Both the position numbers and the translations under genes were made by a program. The notes under the pieces were generated by a model. The model searched no databases. It was not told the origin of the DNA and worked only from the letters and a program-made list of their open reading frames with translations. Positions 46,670 to 59,076 of a stretch of 64,000 nt of DNA are shown in pieces. Numbering within the stretch: position 1 is the stretch's first letter; every line of letters begins with the position of its first letter. The DNA comes from an uncultured Pelagibacteraceae bacterium (lineage in GTDB: Bacteria > Pseudomonadota > Alphaproteobacteria > Pelagibacterales > Pelagibacteraceae), in the NCBI GenBank assembly GCA_902586025.1, contig CACIFV010000003.1, positions 12,294 through 76,293 on the forward strand, read 5' to 3'.

Positions 46670-47638
46670 ATGTATCGAGGTCTTTTAATCTCTTCTGGAT
46701 TTCATGTTGCTATTGTTATGGTGAGTATTTTGGCTCTACCATTTGTTGCCAAAAAACCTCTGGATATTCCACCACTTATTTCTGTTGAACTTATTCAAAT
46801 AGCCGAAAAGACAAATATACCTTTTGTACCAAAAGCTTCGAAAATAATTGAGAAGGCAAAAAAACAAAATGAAAAGCTTTTGTCTGAGCAGGCCCCTCCT
46901 AAAAAAGTAAAAAAAGATAAAAAAAAAGAAGTTCAAACTGATAAAAAAAAAAATGAAATTTCAAAGGTTGCATCAAAAAAAACACCAACCACTGAAAATA
47001 AAATAGAAAAGTTAAAAAAAGAAAAATTAAATGCTGTACCTATGCCTGATGAAGATAAACAAAAAATTCAACCTAAAGAAGAAAAAAAGCAGAAACCTTC
47101 AAGGGAAATCAATGATGAAAATATAAAAAAAATAGTTCAAACTAAAAAACCTGTTTTGGATGAAAAAAAAGTTAAACAAGTCTCAGAATTTGAAAAAAAA
47201 GAAAAATTAGATTTAAATGAAATTGCAGCTTTAATTGATAAAAAAAAAGAAAATTTAGCAGAAACAAAAAAAGAAGTTGATAAGATTTCTCAATCAACTG
47301 ATGAAACTATGGATTATTCAAAATTAACCTTAAGCGAAGAGGATGCATTAAAGGCTCAAATATTTACATGCTGGAGTGTTCCTATAGGTTTGCCATTTAG
47401 TGAAGATTTATTAGTTAGAGTTAAACTCCAATTAAAACCAGACGGAACAATTGAAAAACTTGAAATGTTAGATCATGTAAAAATGAATACACCTGGTAAA
47501 GAAAAATTTAGAACACTAGCAGATAGTGTAAGACGAGCTATTCAGCTGTGCAATCCATTAAAAGTCCCCACAAGTGGTTATGAAAGATGGAAAAATATGA
47601 TTTTAAATTTTGATGCTCGTGATATGCTTGGAGGATAA
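46670..47638 (+). CDS. tolA: TolA
   Basis: N-terminal TM with the S..H motif, K/E-rich linker, TonB-C-like CW..P..RAI..C.PL; synteny. Confidence 0.85.
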   Translation: MYRGLLISSGFHVAIVMVSILALPFVAKKPLDIPPLISVELIQIAEKTNIPFVPKASKIIEKAKKQNEKLLSEQAPPKKVKKDKKKEVQTDKKKNEISKVASKKTPTTENKIEKLKKEKLNAVPMPDEDKQKIQPKEEKKQKPSREINDENIKKIVQTKKPVLDEKKVKQVSEFEKKEKLDLNEIAALIDKKKENLAETKKEVDKISQSTDETMDYSKLTLSEEDALKAQIFTCWSVPIGLPFSEDLLVRVKLQLKPDGTIEKLEMLDHVKMNTPGKEKFRTLADSVRRAIQLCNPLKVPTSGYERWKNMILNFDARDMLGG

Positions 47639-48984
47639 TGATTAGAATAATTAATTTTTTTTTTACTATATTTATTTTATTATCAGCCAAGGCTTATTCA
47701 TTAATAGAGATTGATATAACAAGGGGTAATTTAGATCCGTTACCAATTGCAGTATCCCCATTATTTCAAGATGATAGTTCAAAAAAAAATTCAATTAATG
47801 AACTCAAAATTGAAAATGTTGGATCTGAGATTTCATTAGTTGTAGAAAATAATTTGAAAATTTCAGGTTTATTTAATCCTCTTAGTAAAGAAGCATTTTT
47901 ACAAAAGCCAGATATTGCACATTTAAAACCAAGATTTGAGGATTGGGCATTGATTAAAGCTCAAGCTTTAATTACAGGCAAAGTATCAATTGAGGACAAA
48001 AAATTAAAAGTTGAATTTAGACTCTGGGATATTTTGGCTGGAAGAGAAATGATGGCTTTAGCATTTACAACAGTCCCAAGTAATTGGCGAAGAGTTGGAC
48101 ATATAATTTCTGATAAAGTTTATGAAAGATTAACCGGAGAAAAGGGATATTTTGATACTAGAATTATTTATGTTTCTGAAGAAGGACCTAAGACTGCAAG
48201 AGTTAAGAAGTTGGCTATTATGGATCAAGATGGTTTTAACACAAAATATTTAACATTAGGAAATGAATTAGTTTTAACTCCTCGATTTAATCCAACAAGT
48301 CAGATGGTAACTTATCTGTCTTATTTTAAAAATCTGCCAAGAGTATATTTATTAGATATTGAAACTGGTACGCAGGAAGTAGTTGGCGATTTTCCAGGAA
48401 TGACATTCGCTCCAAGATTTTCTCCAGATGGAAAGAAAATTATTATGAGTTTTGCTAAAGACGGTAACTCAGATATTTATACTATGGATTTAGAAAATAG
48501 AATTGTTGAAAGAATAACAAATCATCCATCAATCGATACATCACCTTCTTACTCACCTGATAATCAATTTATAACATTTAATTCTGATAGGAGTGGGTAT
48601 CAACAAATTTACGTAATGAAATCTGATGGCTCAAATGTAAAAAGAATTTCATTTGGTAAGGGATTGTATGGCACGCCCGTATGGTCTCCACGAGGTGATT
48701 TAATTGCGTTCACAAAATTACATAAAGGTAAATTTTATATTGGTGTTATGCGAACAGATGGTTCGGGTGAAAGATTGCTAACTGAAAATTACTATCAAGA
48801 AGCTCCCTCATGGTCTCCTAATGGAAGGGTATTAATTTTTTATAGAGAGACTAAATCTAATGATAAAGGTGAAGGATTTAGCGCAAAACTTTGGTCTATA
48901 GATCTTACAGGATATAATGAAAGGCAGGTTCAAACAGAGACTGACGCCTCCGACCCATCTTGGTCGTCTTTACTCAGTAATTAG
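47638..48984 (+). CDS. tolB: TolB
   Basis: Signal peptide, GYFDTRI, repeated P.(F/W)SPDG propeller motifs. Confidence 0.95.
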   Translation: MIRIINFFFTIFILLSAKAYSLIEIDITRGNLDPLPIAVSPLFQDDSSKKNSINELKIENVGSEISLVVENNLKISGLFNPLSKEAFLQKPDIAHLKPRFEDWALIKAQALITGKVSIEDKKLKVEFRLWDILAGREMMALAFTTVPSNWRRVGHIISDKVYERLTGEKGYFDTRIIYVSEEGPKTARVKKLAIMDQDGFNTKYLTLGNELVLTPRFNPTSQMVTYLSYFKNLPRVYLLDIETGTQEVVGDFPGMTFAPRFSPDGKKIIMSFAKDGNSDIYTMDLENRIVERITNHPSIDTSPSYSPDNQFITFNSDRSGYQQIYVMKSDGSNVKRISFGKGLYGTPVWSPRGDLIAFTKLHKGKFYIGVMRTDGSGERLLTENYYQEAPSWSPNGRVLIFYRETKSNDKGEGFSAKLWSIDLTGYNERQVQTETDASDPSWSSLLSN

Positions 48985-49083
48985 GCCTTTTTTATTAATT
49001 TTTAATATAAATTAAGTTGATTTTTATGCTTGAAACATCTAATTAGTTGTGAAAAAGTTCTAATAAATTATTAAGGAGCATTA

Positions 49084-49572
49084 ATGAATTTTAGCAAATC
49101 ATTTAGAAATACTTTTCTAGTTATATTATTAAGTTTAATCGTATCAGCTTGTGCAACGAAAAAAACCGTTACAAAAGTAGATGGCCAAATGCAAGGTGAT
49201 GTTTATACAGGCACCGATACTGTTAAATACTTAGCTGACGGTGTTCCAGACAGAGTATTTTTTGCAACAAACGAATCTATTTTAACAACTAAATCAAGAG
49301 ACACATTAAGAAAACAAGCAAACTGGTTGAGAGAGAATTCTAGCATCAATGTTGTAGTTGAAGGCCACGCAGATGAAAGAGGAACAAGGGAATATAACTT
49401 GGCATTAGGTGAAAGAAGAGCAAATGCTGCCAAAGATTATCTGATCACTTACGGAATATCTGCAGATAGAATTTCAGTAATAAGTTACGGAAAAGAAAGA
49501 CCTGTTGACTCTGGTTCAAACCCACTTTCTTGGTCGAAAAACAGAAGATCTGTAACTGTAAAAGCTAATTAA
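49084..49572 (+). CDS. pal: Peptidoglycan-associated lipoprotein Pal
   Basis: Lipobox VSAC; EGHADERGTREYNLALGERRA, ISYGKERP; SD AAGGAG. Confidence 0.96.
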   Translation: MNFSKSFRNTFLVILLSLIVSACATKKTVTKVDGQMQGDVYTGTDTVKYLADGVPDRVFFATNESILTTKSRDTLRKQANWLRENSSINVVVEGHADERGTREYNLALGERRANAAKDYLITYGISADRISVISYGKERPVDSGSNPLSWSKNRRSVTVKAN

Positions 49573-49590
49573 AGCTATTTGAAATATTTT

Positions 49591-49634
49591 AAAGACCCTA
49601 AGATTATTATAAATAATTTCAGGGTCTTTTTTTT
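49591..49634 (+). terminator. Intrinsic terminator after pal
   Basis: AAAGACCCT...AGGGTCTTT inverted repeat followed by a T-run. Confidence 0.75.
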
Positions 49635-49662
49635 GCCATCATTATAATTAAAAAATAATTTA

Positions 49663-50667
49663 ATGTTTAAAAAGTACACCAACATTTTTACTTATGTAAT
49701 TTCTATATTTTTTATTTCATTTAGTGCAGCTTCCGAGGAACTGAGCATGAGAGAAATCTTAGAAATTATTCAAAAAGATCTTAGAACTTTGGAAAGAGCA
49801 GTTTATTCAGAATCATTTCAGAAAAAAACTGGAGGTGAAACTGATTTGACAAATAAGGAAACAGAAGATGTATTAACAAGACATCTATTAAAATTGTCTG
49901 AAATAGAAAAACAATTTCAAAATCTGACTAACAAATTTGAAGAAATTAATTTTAAAGTAGATAAATTATCATCGAGACTGTCTAAAACACAAGCAGATAA
50001 TCAATTAAGATTTCAAGATTTAGAAAACAATTCTAACCTCGTTCAAAATAGTGATAACAATCAAGAAAATTTAATTACAAATGAAAATCTAGATAAAGAT
50101 CTAGTAAGCAAAAAAATTATGCCAGGAACATCCCAACCTCAAGATTTGGGTACAATATCATATAAGGACATGACAGATAAAAATGAGACACAAGCAATAC
50201 AGTCTGTCGAAACCACTCAGACAATTTTGACAGAGAATTTTATAAACGAAGAAAAAATTTTACCTGACGCTTCTCCTTTAGAGCAATATGAATTCGCAAC
50301 AAGTTTTTTAAAGGTGGGAGATTATAATATGGCAGAAAGAGCATTCAGAGAATTTGTTGATACAAATCCAGATAATGATCTTTCTGGAAACGCACAGTAT
50401 TGGTATGCAGAAACTTTTAGAATAAGACAGCTCTACACAGATGCAGCATCTGCTTATCTAGAGGGTTACCAAAAATATCCCAAGAGTGAAAAAGCACCTA
50501 TTAACCTTTTGAAGCTTGGTGTATCTTTAGTTCAAATAGGAGAGAAAGATCAGGGTTGCTTAATGATTGCTGGTGTTAAAAAACAGTATCCAAATGCCAC
50601 TCAATCAGTTCTTCAAAAAGCCAAATATGAAGAGAAAAAGTTTGAGTGCACCAAAGAAAACTCCTAA
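49663..50667 (+). CDS. cpoB: Cell division coordinator CpoB (YbgF)
   Basis: Signal peptide, coiled coil, TPR with NAQYWYAE and KAPINLLKLG; follows pal. Confidence 0.88.
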   Translation: MFKKYTNIFTYVISIFFISFSAASEELSMREILEIIQKDLRTLERAVYSESFQKKTGGETDLTNKETEDVLTRHLLKLSEIEKQFQNLTNKFEEINFKVDKLSSRLSKTQADNQLRFQDLENNSNLVQNSDNNQENLITNENLDKDLVSKKIMPGTSQPQDLGTISYKDMTDKNETQAIQSVETTQTILTENFINEEKILPDASPLEQYEFATSFLKVGDYNMAERAFREFVDTNPDNDLSGNAQYWYAETFRIRQLYTDAASAYLEGYQKYPKSEKAPINLLKLGVSLVQIGEKDQGCLMIAGVKKQYPNATQSVLQKAKYEEKKFECTKENS

Positions 50668-51676
50668 TTTTTATTTAACAAAATTAAAGGATCCTCAGGT
50701 TAAAAAATTATATAAAGTATTTTTAAATAATCTTGCTTCTTTAGATTTTGCGAAAAAAAAAGTAATGGTTGGAATATCAGGCGGCGTTGATAGCTTATCT
50801 ATTTTATTTTTTTCTCAGTGTTATGCGTTGAAACACAAGGCAAAATTGTATCCAGTAATAATTGATCATAATCTAAGAAAAGAGTCATCTAATGAAGCTA
50901 AAAATTTAAAGTTTAAACTTAAAAAAAACTTCAGCATTAATTGCAAAATCCTAAGAAAAAAAAATATTAAAATTAGTAAAAATATACAATCTTCTGCAAG
51001 AGACCTAAGATATGATTTATTTTATAAAGAATGTAGCAAGCATAATATTAGATGTCTCTTATTAGGCCATCATAAAAATGATATGATAGAAAATTTTTTT
51101 ATAAGATTGCTTCGAGGTTCTGGTTTAAAAGGACTTGTTTCTTTTGATAAAAATGTGACTGATTATAAAAATATAAAGATTGTCAGACCATTTTTGTCTA
51201 CTTCAAAAGAAGAACTAATTAATATTAATAAAAAAACTTTTGGCTTTTTTGTAGATGATCCTTCAAATAATAATGATAAATTTTTAAGAAACAGAATAAG
51301 AAAACTTTTAGGAAATTTAGATAAAGAGGGTTTAAACTTTGATAAATTCTATTTAACTTTAAAAAATTTATCAAAAAGCAATCAAGTTATTGAATTTTTT
51401 GTTAAGAAAAATGTTGTTAAAAACTCAAAATATTTTCAAAAAGATAAAAAAATTATTTTAAACCAATCTTTTTTTAAAAATCCAGACGAAATTATTTTAA
51501 GAAGTTTTATGCAAGTAATTCAACAGATCAGTAAGAAAAAAAACTATCCACGAGGCAAAAAAGTGTTAGGTCTCTTAGAATCTATAAAATTTTCAAACAA
51601 AAATGTAAAATCGACACTTTCTGGATGTATTATTGAAAAAATTCAAGATTCGGTGATTATTTACCCAGAAAAATGA
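50627..51676 (+). CDS. tilS: tRNA(Ile)-lysidine synthetase (ATG at 50627 assumed)
   Basis: SGGVDS, DHNLR, ARDLRY, GHHKND, RGSGLKGL, DPSN, RNRIR. Confidence 0.92.
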   Translation: MKRKSLSAPKKTPNFYLTKLKDPQVKKLYKVFLNNLASLDFAKKKVMVGISGGVDSLSILFFSQCYALKHKAKLYPVIIDHNLRKESSNEAKNLKFKLKKNFSINCKILRKKNIKISKNIQSSARDLRYDLFYKECSKHNIRCLLLGHHKNDMIENFFIRLLRGSGLKGLVSFDKNVTDYKNIKIVRPFLSTSKEELININKKTFGFFVDDPSNNNDKFLRNRIRKLLGNLDKEGLNFDKFYLTLKNLSKSNQVIEFFVKKNVVKNSKYFQKDKKIILNQSFFKNPDEIILRSFMQVIQQISKKKNYPRGKKVLGLLESIKFSNKNVKSTLSGCIIEKIQDSVIIYPEK

Positions 51677-51744
51677 TAATTTTTTTTGTTAAATGATCAA
51701 AATGACACTTGTTAATTTACTAATAATTCTTAATTTAATGCATT

Positions 51745-53637
51745 ATGAATTTTAAAAACTTAGCTATGTGGGGAATAATCGTTATTTTAACGATTGGTCT
51801 TTATAATATGTTTAAGAACCCACAAGGTTCGATTTCTCAAAAAAATAAAATTATTTTTTCTGAATTCTTAACTGAAGTTGACAATGGAAGAGTGGTTAAA
51901 GTTGAAATTCAAGGAAAAAACATAAAAGGAGTATTATCAAATGGAAATCAATTTACTACCTATGCACCCGAAGACCCGAACTTAATTCAGAAGCTAAGTG
52001 ATAAAGGTGTTAGTATTTCTGCCAGTCCATTAGAGGAAAAAATGCCTTCTTTATTAGGAATACTTCTATCATGGTTCCCAATGCTTTTACTAATTGCTGT
52101 TTGGATCTTTTTTATGAGACAGATGCAAGGTGGAAAAGGTGGAGCAATGGGATTTGGAAGATCAAAAGCTAAAATGATGAATGAGGTAAAAGGCAAAGTT
52201 ACCTTTAATGATGTTGCTGGTGTCGAAGAAGCAAAAGAAGAAGTCGAGGAAGTTGTTGAATTTTTAAAAGATCCTAGAAAGTTTAGTAGACTAGGTGGTA
52301 AAATACCAAGAGGATGTTTATTAGTTGGTCCTCCTGGAACTGGTAAAACACTATTGGCTAGAGCAATTGCTGGAGAGGCAGGTGTTCCTTTTTTTACGAT
52401 TTCTGGATCAGATTTTGTTGAAATGTTTGTTGGTGTTGGAGCTTCAAGAGTGCGAGATATGTTTGAACAAGGTAAAAAACATTCTCCGTGTATTATATTC
52501 ATTGACGAAATTGATGCAGTTGGAAGAAGCAGAGGAGCAGGTCTTGGTGGTGGGAATGATGAAAGAGAGCAAACACTTAATCAGCTACTAGTTGAGATGG
52601 ATGGTTTTGATACTAATGAAGGTGTCATTATTATTGCTGCAACTAATAGACCAGATGTATTAGATCCAGCTCTTTTAAGACCTGGGAGATTTGACAGACA
52701 AGTTGTTGTTTCAAATCCAGATTTAATTGGAAGAGAAAAAATTTTAAAGGTACATGCGAAGAAAATATCAATGGCACCTGATGTTAACTTAAGAACTGTT
52801 GCTAGAGGAACACCTGGATTTTCTGGTGCAGATTTAGCAAACCTTGTCAACGAAGCTGCATTGCTTGCTGCAAGAAAGAATAAAAGAATAGTAACCTATC
52901 AAGAATTTGAAGAAGCAAAAGATAAAGTGATGATGGGATCCGAAAGAAGATCAATGGTAATGTCTGAAGAAGAAAAAAAATTGACAGCTTACCATGAAGC
53001 AGGTCATGCTATAGTAACCATAAATGAAAAAGCTGCTTATCCTATACATAAAGCAACGATTATACCAAGAGGGAGAGCTTTAGGGATGGTAATGCAATTA
53101 CCAGAGAGAGATGAGGTTTCACAAACTAGAGAACAACTACATGCACAAATGGCAATAGCCATGGGAGGTAGAGTTGCAGAGGAATTAATTTTTGGAGATG
53201 ATAAAGTAACTACAGGAGCTTCAAGTGATATCGAACAAGCAACAAAAAGAGCAAGAGCAATGGTTATGAGAGCCGGATTAAGTAAAGAGATGGGTCCAGT
53301 AGCTTATGGTGAAAATGAAGAAGAAGTATTTTTGGGTAGATCTGTTGCTAGACAGCAAAATATGTCTGAAGAGACAGCAAGAAAAGTTGATAGTGAAATA
53401 AGAAAATTTGTTGATATGGGTTATGAAAGAGCAAGAAAAGTATTAACCGATAAAATTGATGACTTACATAAATTAGCAAAAGCTTTATTAACTTATGAAA
53501 CTTTGACTGGTGCAGAAATTGAAGATTTAATAAATAAGAACATATATCCAAAAAATAAAGAAGATCTAAAAGTTGAAAATGATGACCAAAGCTCAGCACT
53601 TGGTTCAATGGGCTTAAAACCAAAGATTGTGCACTAA
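51745..53637 (+). CDS. ftsH: ATP-dependent zinc metalloprotease FtsH
   Basis: Two TMs, [28 protein letters not shown]. Confidence 0.98.
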   Translation: MNFKNLAMWGIIVILTIGLYNMFKNPQGSISQKNKIIFSEFLTEVDNGRVVKVEIQGKNIKGVLSNGNQFTTYAPEDPNLIQKLSDKGVSISASPLEEKMPSLLGILLSWFPMLLLIAVWIFFMRQMQGGKGGAMGFGRSKAKMMNEVKGKVTFNDVAGVEEAKEEVEEVVEFLKDPRKFSRLGGKIPRGCLLVGPPGTGKTLLARAIAGEAGVPFFTISGSDFVEMFVGVGASRVRDMFEQGKKHSPCIIFIDEIDAVGRSRGAGLGGGNDEREQTLNQLLVEMDGFDTNEGVIIIAATNRPDVLDPALLRPGRFDRQVVVSNPDLIGREKILKVHAKKISMAPDVNLRTVARGTPGFSGADLANLVNEAALLAARKNKRIVTYQEFEEAKDKVMMGSERRSMVMSEEEKKLTAYHEAGHAIVTINEKAAYPIHKATIIPRGRALGMVMQLPERDEVSQTREQLHAQMAIAMGGRVAEELIFGDDKVTTGASSDIEQATKRARAMVMRAGLSKEMGPVAYGENEEEVFLGRSVARQQNMSEETARKVDSEIRKFVDMGYERARKVLTDKIDDLHKLAKALLTYETLTGAEIEDLINKNIYPKNKEDLKVENDDQSSALGSMGLKPKIVH

Positions 53638-53643
53638 GCACTA

Positions 53644-54693
53644 ATGAATAAATATTACACAAGAGCGTGTAATTTTTATTTTGGATCAGTATCAGAAATA
53701 AACGTCAAAAAAAACAAATCAATTCCTCTTCATGGTAATACTAAAATATCATTTGATAAAATAGAAATCATAGACAGAAAAAAAAACAAAATCATCAATA
53801 TCAAAGATGTTAGTAAACTTTCAACTAAATTAAAAAAAAAAGTTAATAGAGATTTAAAAAATATAAAAAAAAAAAAAATTTTCAAACAAATAAATTTATC
53901 TGATATTCCTATTTTGATGGGCATAGTTAATTTAACTCCAGATAGTTTTTCTGATGGTGGCAAATATAATAAAAAAAATTTAGCCTTAAAACATGTGAAT
54001 AACTTATTATCAAGTGGTGCAAATATAATAGACGTCGGTGGAGAATCTACAAGACCAGGTGCAAAAGATATTAATCCTAGAAAAGAATGGGATAGAATAA
54101 AATTTATTTTAAAAATTTTAAAAAATAAAAAAAGTTTTGTCTCATTGGATACTAGAAAAAGTTTTGTGATGAAGAATGCTTCCAAAATAAAAGCAGATCT
54201 TATCAATGATGTATCTGGACTAAGTTATGATCCTGAGACCATAAATTATTTAAAAAAAACAAAAAAACCTTTTGTTATTCATCACATGAAAGGAACACCA
54301 AAAAATATGCAATTAAAACCATCTTACAATAATGTATTACTTGATATTTATGATTTCTTTGAAAATAAATTAAAATATTTAAGAAACGAAGGTATTAAGC
54401 ATAATAATATTATATTAGATCCAGGCATTGGATTTGGAAAAAATTTGAAACATAATATTACTCTTTTAAAGAATATTTCTATTTTTCATTCACTAGGCCT
54501 TCCTGTAATGTTGGGCTTGTCTAGAAAAAGATTTATTAAGGATATTTCAAGGGAAAATGATACTAAAGAAAGGATTGGTGGAACTGTATCTTCATGTATT
54601 CAAGCATACCTTCAAGGAGTTCAAATTCTAAGGGTTCATGATATTAAAGAAATTAATCAAGCATTTAATGTATTTAAAAAATTACAAAACTAA
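53644..54693 (+). CDS. folP: Dihydropteroate synthase
   Basis: MGIVNLTPDSFSDGG, GGESTRPG, DPGIGFGK, SRKRF, RVHD. Confidence 0.95.
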   Translation: MNKYYTRACNFYFGSVSEINVKKNKSIPLHGNTKISFDKIEIIDRKKNKIINIKDVSKLSTKLKKKVNRDLKNIKKKKIFKQINLSDIPILMGIVNLTPDSFSDGGKYNKKNLALKHVNNLLSSGANIIDVGGESTRPGAKDINPRKEWDRIKFILKILKNKKSFVSLDTRKSFVMKNASKIKADLINDVSGLSYDPETINYLKKTKKPFVIHHMKGTPKNMQLKPSYNNVLLDIYDFFENKLKYLRNEGIKHNNIILDPGIGFGKNLKHNITLLKNISIFHSLGLPVMLGLSRKRFIKDISRENDTKERIGGTVSSCIQAYLQGVQILRVHDIKEINQAFNVFKKLQN

Positions 54694-54695
54694 AA

Positions 54696-56027
54696 ATGAT
54701 TAAAAAATATTTTGGAACAGATGGAATTAGAGGAAAAGTTAATGGATCTAAAATAAATGGAGAAATGTTTTTCAAATTTGGCTTAGCAGCGGGAACATAC
54801 TTTAAAAATTTAAAAAAAAGTAAACAAACAGCAATTATTGCAAAAGACACTAGATTGTCAGGGTATACGCTTGAACCAGCTTTAGTGTCTGGATTGGCAT
54901 CAGCAGGAATGCATATTTATACTTTGGGACCCCTTCCAACAAATGGTTTAGCGATGCTAACAAAAAAAATGAGAGCTAATATGGGTATAATGATTACTGC
55001 ATCTCATAATCCATATCACGACAATGGATTAAAGTTATTTGGACCTGATGGACTTAAATTATCTGATAGAATTGAGAAGAAAATTGAAAAGCTAATTGAT
55101 TCAAAGATTACTAAAAATCTATCAAAACCTATAGAATTGGGGAGAGTTAAAAGATTAGAGGATGCTAACGATAGTTACATTAAAATATTAAAACAAAATT
55201 TCCCATCCTCATTTAGTTTAAAAGGTATCAAAATTGCTTTAGATTGTGCCAACGGAGCTGGCTACAAAGCTGGTCCAGCTTTATTTAAATCATTAGGTGC
55301 TAAAGTATATGACACAGGCACATCTCCCAATGGTTTAAATATAAATCTCAAATCCGGATCTACTTACCCAAGTAAAATTTGTCAAATGACAAAAAAAAAT
55401 AAAGCTCATATAGGTATTTCATTGGATGGAGATGCTGACAGAATAATTGTCTGTGATGAAAAAGGAAAGATTATTGATGGAGATAAAATTCTTGCAATGT
55501 TAGGTGAGAGATGGAAAAGAAAAAAGATTTTAAAAGGAGGCGTCATCGGTACATTAATGTCAAATTATGGCTTAGAAAATTTTTTTAAAAACAATGGAAT
55601 TAAATTTTTAAGATCAGATGTGGGAGATAGATATGTAAAAGAAAAAATGAAAAAAAATAAATTTAATTTAGGGGGGGAACAGTCTGGTCATATAATTCTT
55701 GGAAAGTTTGCGACAACTGGTGATGGGTTATTAGTCGCACTAGAAATCCTTTTCTCTTTAAGAAAAACAAAAAAAGCAAGTGAGCTTTTTAACAAATTTA
55801 AACCCACCCCTCAAATGTTAGAGAATATTGAAGTTAAAGATAAATCAATTATTAATACTCCAAAATGTAAAAAAGCAATTAACGAAGCAAATAAAATAAT
55901 TAAAAACAGAGGTAGAATTTTAGTTAGAAAATCTGGTACTGAACCAAAAATAAGAATCATGAGCGAGTCAGAGGATTCAAATTTAAATAAACTATGTGTT
56001 GATATAATTAAAAAATCTATTCAGTAA
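54696..56027 (+). CDS. glmM: Phosphoglucosamine mutase
   Basis: FGTDGIRG, TASHNP, DGDADR, GGEQSGH, RKSGTEP. Confidence 0.95.
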   Translation: MIKKYFGTDGIRGKVNGSKINGEMFFKFGLAAGTYFKNLKKSKQTAIIAKDTRLSGYTLEPALVSGLASAGMHIYTLGPLPTNGLAMLTKKMRANMGIMITASHNPYHDNGLKLFGPDGLKLSDRIEKKIEKLIDSKITKNLSKPIELGRVKRLEDANDSYIKILKQNFPSSFSLKGIKIALDCANGAGYKAGPALFKSLGAKVYDTGTSPNGLNINLKSGSTYPSKICQMTKKNKAHIGISLDGDADRIIVCDEKGKIIDGDKILAMLGERWKRKKILKGGVIGTLMSNYGLENFFKNNGIKFLRSDVGDRYVKEKMKKNKFNLGGEQSGHIILGKFATTGDGLLVALEILFSLRKTKKASELFNKFKPTPQMLENIEVKDKSIINTPKCKKAINEANKIIKNRGRILVRKSGTEPKIRIMSESEDSNLNKLCVDIIKKSIQ

Positions 56028-56028
56028 A

Positions 56029-56841
56029 TTGAAAATCAAATCTAAAATATTAATTATTGCAGGATCAGACTCCTCTGGAGGAGCGGGCATACAAGCAGAT
56101 ATTAAATCAGTTACTTCTCTTGGCTCTTTCGCTATGACAGCAATAACAGCAGTTACAGCTCAGAATACTACTGGTGTAATGTCTATAATACCAGTGCGTA
56201 GTAAAGAAATTTTTAATCAAATTGTATTTACTTCAAAAGATATCAGGCCAGATTCAGTAAAGATAGGAATGCTGCATTCTTCTGAGGTTATAAATTCAGT
56301 ATTAAAATCAATAAAAAAATCAAAATTAAAAAAAATAATATTAGATCCTGTCATGGTGGCTAAAGGTGGAACCAAGCTTATAGACAATAAAGCAATTTTA
56401 GTATTGAAAAAAAAGCTAATAAAAAATGTTGATTTAATAACACCAAATATTCCTGAAGCAGAAATACTAACAAAAATAAAAATTAAATCTATATCGGATA
56501 TGAAAAATGCTGCTAAAAAATTATTAGATTTAGGTGCTAAGAATGTTTTAATTAAAGGTGGTCATTTAAGCTCTAAAAACTTAAAAGATATTTTTGTAAA
56601 TAAAAAAGAAACTGCAATATTTGTTAATAAAAAAATTGATACAAAAAATACTCACGGAACTGGATGTACATTATCAAGTGCAATTGCAACATATTATGGA
56701 TGTGGAAAAACTCTAAAGAAATCTTGTGAGTTAGGTATTAGATATGTAAACAATGCCATTAAAACAAGACCAAATTTTGGAAAAGGAAATGGACCAATTA
56801 ACCATTTAAATAGTTTTACTATAGATAAGAAATTTAGATGA
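56029..56841 (+). CDS. thiD: Hydroxymethylpyrimidine/phosphomethylpyrimidine kinase
   Basis: [41 protein letters not shown]. Confidence 0.95.
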   Translation: MKIKSKILIIAGSDSSGGAGIQADIKSVTSLGSFAMTAITAVTAQNTTGVMSIIPVRSKEIFNQIVFTSKDIRPDSVKIGMLHSSEVINSVLKSIKKSKLKKIILDPVMVAKGGTKLIDNKAILVLKKKLIKNVDLITPNIPEAEILTKIKIKSISDMKNAAKKLLDLGAKNVLIKGGHLSSKNLKDIFVNKKETAIFVNKKIDTKNTHGTGCTLSSAIATYYGCGKTLKKSCELGIRYVNNAIKTRPNFGKGNGPINHLNSFTIDKKFR

Positions 56842-58130
56842 ATAATGTAGTTGTTGTTGGATCGCAGTGGGGAGATGAAGGAAAAGGTAAGATAGTTGAT
56901 TGGTTATCAAGCGAAGCAGACGTAGTTGTAAGATTCCAAGGAGGACATAATGCTGGTCATACTCTAGTAATAGATGGTGTTACTTATAAACTGAGATTGT
57001 TACCATCTGGGATTGTCAGAAAAAATAAAATTTCTATCATAGGAAATGGTGTTGTAGTAGATCCATGGGCGTTGCTAGATGAAATCGAGGAAGCTAAATC
57101 TAAAGCTGTAGAAATCAATGAAAATAATCTGATTTTATCTGAGGCTGCCACACTAATTTTACCATTTCATAGAGAGATGGATGAAATAAGGGAAGATTCT
57201 GCTGGTAAATCAAAAATTGGAACTACAAGAAGAGGAATTGGTCCAGCTTATGAAGATAAAGTCGGACGAAGATCTATAAGAGTAATGGACCTTGCATCCA
57301 AAAAAAATCTAGAAAATAGATTAGCTGTGGTTTTAGAACATCATAATGCCATCCGAAAGGGATTGGGTAAGCCAATATATGAAAAAGATAAACTAGTTGA
57401 GGACTTATTAAAAATAGCCCCAAATATATTAAAATATTCAGCCCCTGTTTGGAGAAAGATAGATCAATTTAAATCAGAAAATAAAAAAATATTATTTGAA
57501 GGAGCTCAAGGAATATTACTTGATGTTGATCATGGGACATATCCGTATGTAACTTCATCTAATACAGTAGCAGCTTCAGCGGCAACAGGATCTGGATGTG
57601 GTCCAAATTCAATAAAGTATGTGTTAGGAATTACAAAAGCATACACAACACGAGTAGGTGAGGGACCTTTCCCAACAGAATTAACAGATGTTATTGGTAA
57701 TCATTTAGGTGAAAAGGGACATGAATTTGGAACTGTAACCAGTAGAAAAAGGAGATGCGGCTGGTTTGATGGAGTTCTAGTAAGACAAACCATAAAGATT
57801 TCAGGCATTGATGGAATAGCATTAACTAAATTAGATGTATTAGATGAACTTGATGAAATAAATCTTTGTGTGGCTTATAAGCTAAATGAAAAAGAAATAG
57901 ATTATTTCCCAGCTGCCGTAGAAGATCAGTTAAATGTCAAACCAGTTTACAAAACATTCAAAGGTTGGAAATCTAAAACTCAAGGAATAAAAAAATTTGA
58001 AGATTTACCTGATAATGCAAAGATTTATGTAAAAGCTATTGAAGAGTTCATTGAGACAAAAATATCTAGTATTTCAACAAGCCCAGAGAGAAAAGATACC
58101 ATTCTATTAGTAGATCCATTTTACTGCTAA
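56838..58130 (+). CDS. purA: Adenylosuccinate synthetase
   Basis: [37 protein letters not shown]. Confidence 0.97.
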   Translation: MNNVVVVGSQWGDEGKGKIVDWLSSEADVVVRFQGGHNAGHTLVIDGVTYKLRLLPSGIVRKNKISIIGNGVVVDPWALLDEIEEAKSKAVEINENNLILSEAATLILPFHREMDEIREDSAGKSKIGTTRRGIGPAYEDKVGRRSIRVMDLASKKNLENRLAVVLEHHNAIRKGLGKPIYEKDKLVEDLLKIAPNILKYSAPVWRKIDQFKSENKKILFEGAQGILLDVDHGTYPYVTSSNTVAASAATGSGCGPNSIKYVLGITKAYTTRVGEGPFPTELTDVIGNHLGEKGHEFGTVTSRKRRCGWFDGVLVRQTIKISGIDGIALTKLDVLDELDEINLCVAYKLNEKEIDYFPAAVEDQLNVKPVYKTFKGWKSKTQGIKKFEDLPDNAKIYVKAIEEFIETKISSISTSPERKDTILLVDPFYC

Positions 58131-58142
58131 AAAAAAGCAGAA

Positions 58143-59033
58143 TTAATTTGCAGGTAGTAGATTTTTTGATTTAGCAGAGTTAAGCATATGTTTTTGAAGT
58201 TTTTCAAATGCTTTATTTTCAATTTGTCTTATTCTTTCTCTGCTTATTTTGAATTTTTTACTTAAATCTTCTAAAGTTATTGGATCGTCTGTTAACCTTC
58301 TTGAGTAAAGGATTTCTTTTTCTCTTTCGTTTAAAATTTTGATTGAATCTTGAAGTAGATCTTTTCGTTGCTCCATTTCTTCATTTTGTGCAAATTTAAG
58401 TTCTTGATCCATATCATTGTCCACAACCCAATCTTGCCATTCATCGCCGTCTTCTCCAATTGGTGCATTTAATGACTGTTCTTTTCCTGAAAGCCTTCTA
58501 TTCATAGATACTACTTCTTGTTCACTCACATCTAATCTGTTTGCTATATCTTTTACGTGTTCATCACGTAAGTCACCCTCAGTCCTAGGTGCAATTTGAT
58601 TTTTTAACTTCTTCAAGTTGAAAAAAAGCTTTTTCTGGGCTGTGGTAGTTCCAATTTTTACTAAGCTCCAAGATCTTAGAATATACTCTTGAATAGAAGC
58701 TTTAATCCACCACATTGCATAAGTTGCAAGTCTAAAACCTTTTTCTGGTTCAAATTTTTTAACAGCCTGCATTAAACCTACGTTACCCTCTGAAATCATT
58801 TCATTAAGAGGTAATCCGTAGCCTTTGTAGCCCATTGCTATTTTTGCAACTAGTCTTAAATGACTTGTAACAAGTTTTTCTGCTGATTTCACATTTCCTG
58901 TAGTTTGCCAGTTTTTAGCAAGCATATATTCTTCTTCTGCATCTAGCATGGGGAATTTTTTAATTTGAGCTAGATATGCTGCTAAACCACCTTCATTTGA
59001 AAGAGTTGGCAAATTGTATGTATTATTACTCAT
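58143..59033 (-). CDS. rpoH: RNA polymerase sigma-32 factor
   Basis: RpoH box QKKLFFNL; region 2 YAMWWIKASIQEY; region 4 SRERIRQIE. Confidence 0.95.
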   Translation of the reverse strand: MSNNTYNLPTLSNEGGLAAYLAQIKKFPMLDAEEEYMLAKNWQTTGNVKSAEKLVTSHLRLVAKIAMGYKGYGLPLNEMISEGNVGLMQAVKKFEPEKGFRLATYAMWWIKASIQEYILRSWSLVKIGTTTAQKKLFFNLKKLKNQIAPRTEGDLRDEHVKDIANRLDVSEQEVVSMNRRLSGKEQSLNAPIGEDGDEWQDWVVDNDMDQELKFAQNEEMEQRKDLLQDSIKILNEREKEILYSRRLTDDPITLEDLSKKFKISRERIRQIENKAFEKLQKHMLNSAKSKNLLPAN

Positions 59034-59076
59034 CGGAAATATTTATGTAATAGAGATTTTTTTTTTTACAATCATT

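Noticed and set aside
46850-47300. Low-complexity K/E-rich repeat-like stretch
   Set aside because: Normal TolA periplasmic linker with no exact tandem repeats
51987-52850. Antisense and alternative-frame ORFs inside ftsH (similar ones inside pgk, tkt, tolR, pal, folP, pntB)
   Set aside because: Typical shadow ORFs of conserved genes, with no independent motifs
55990-56030. TPP riboswitch upstream of thiD (or thiE)
   Set aside because: Both genes abut or overlap their upstream neighbours, leaving no leader, and no aptamer consensus is evident
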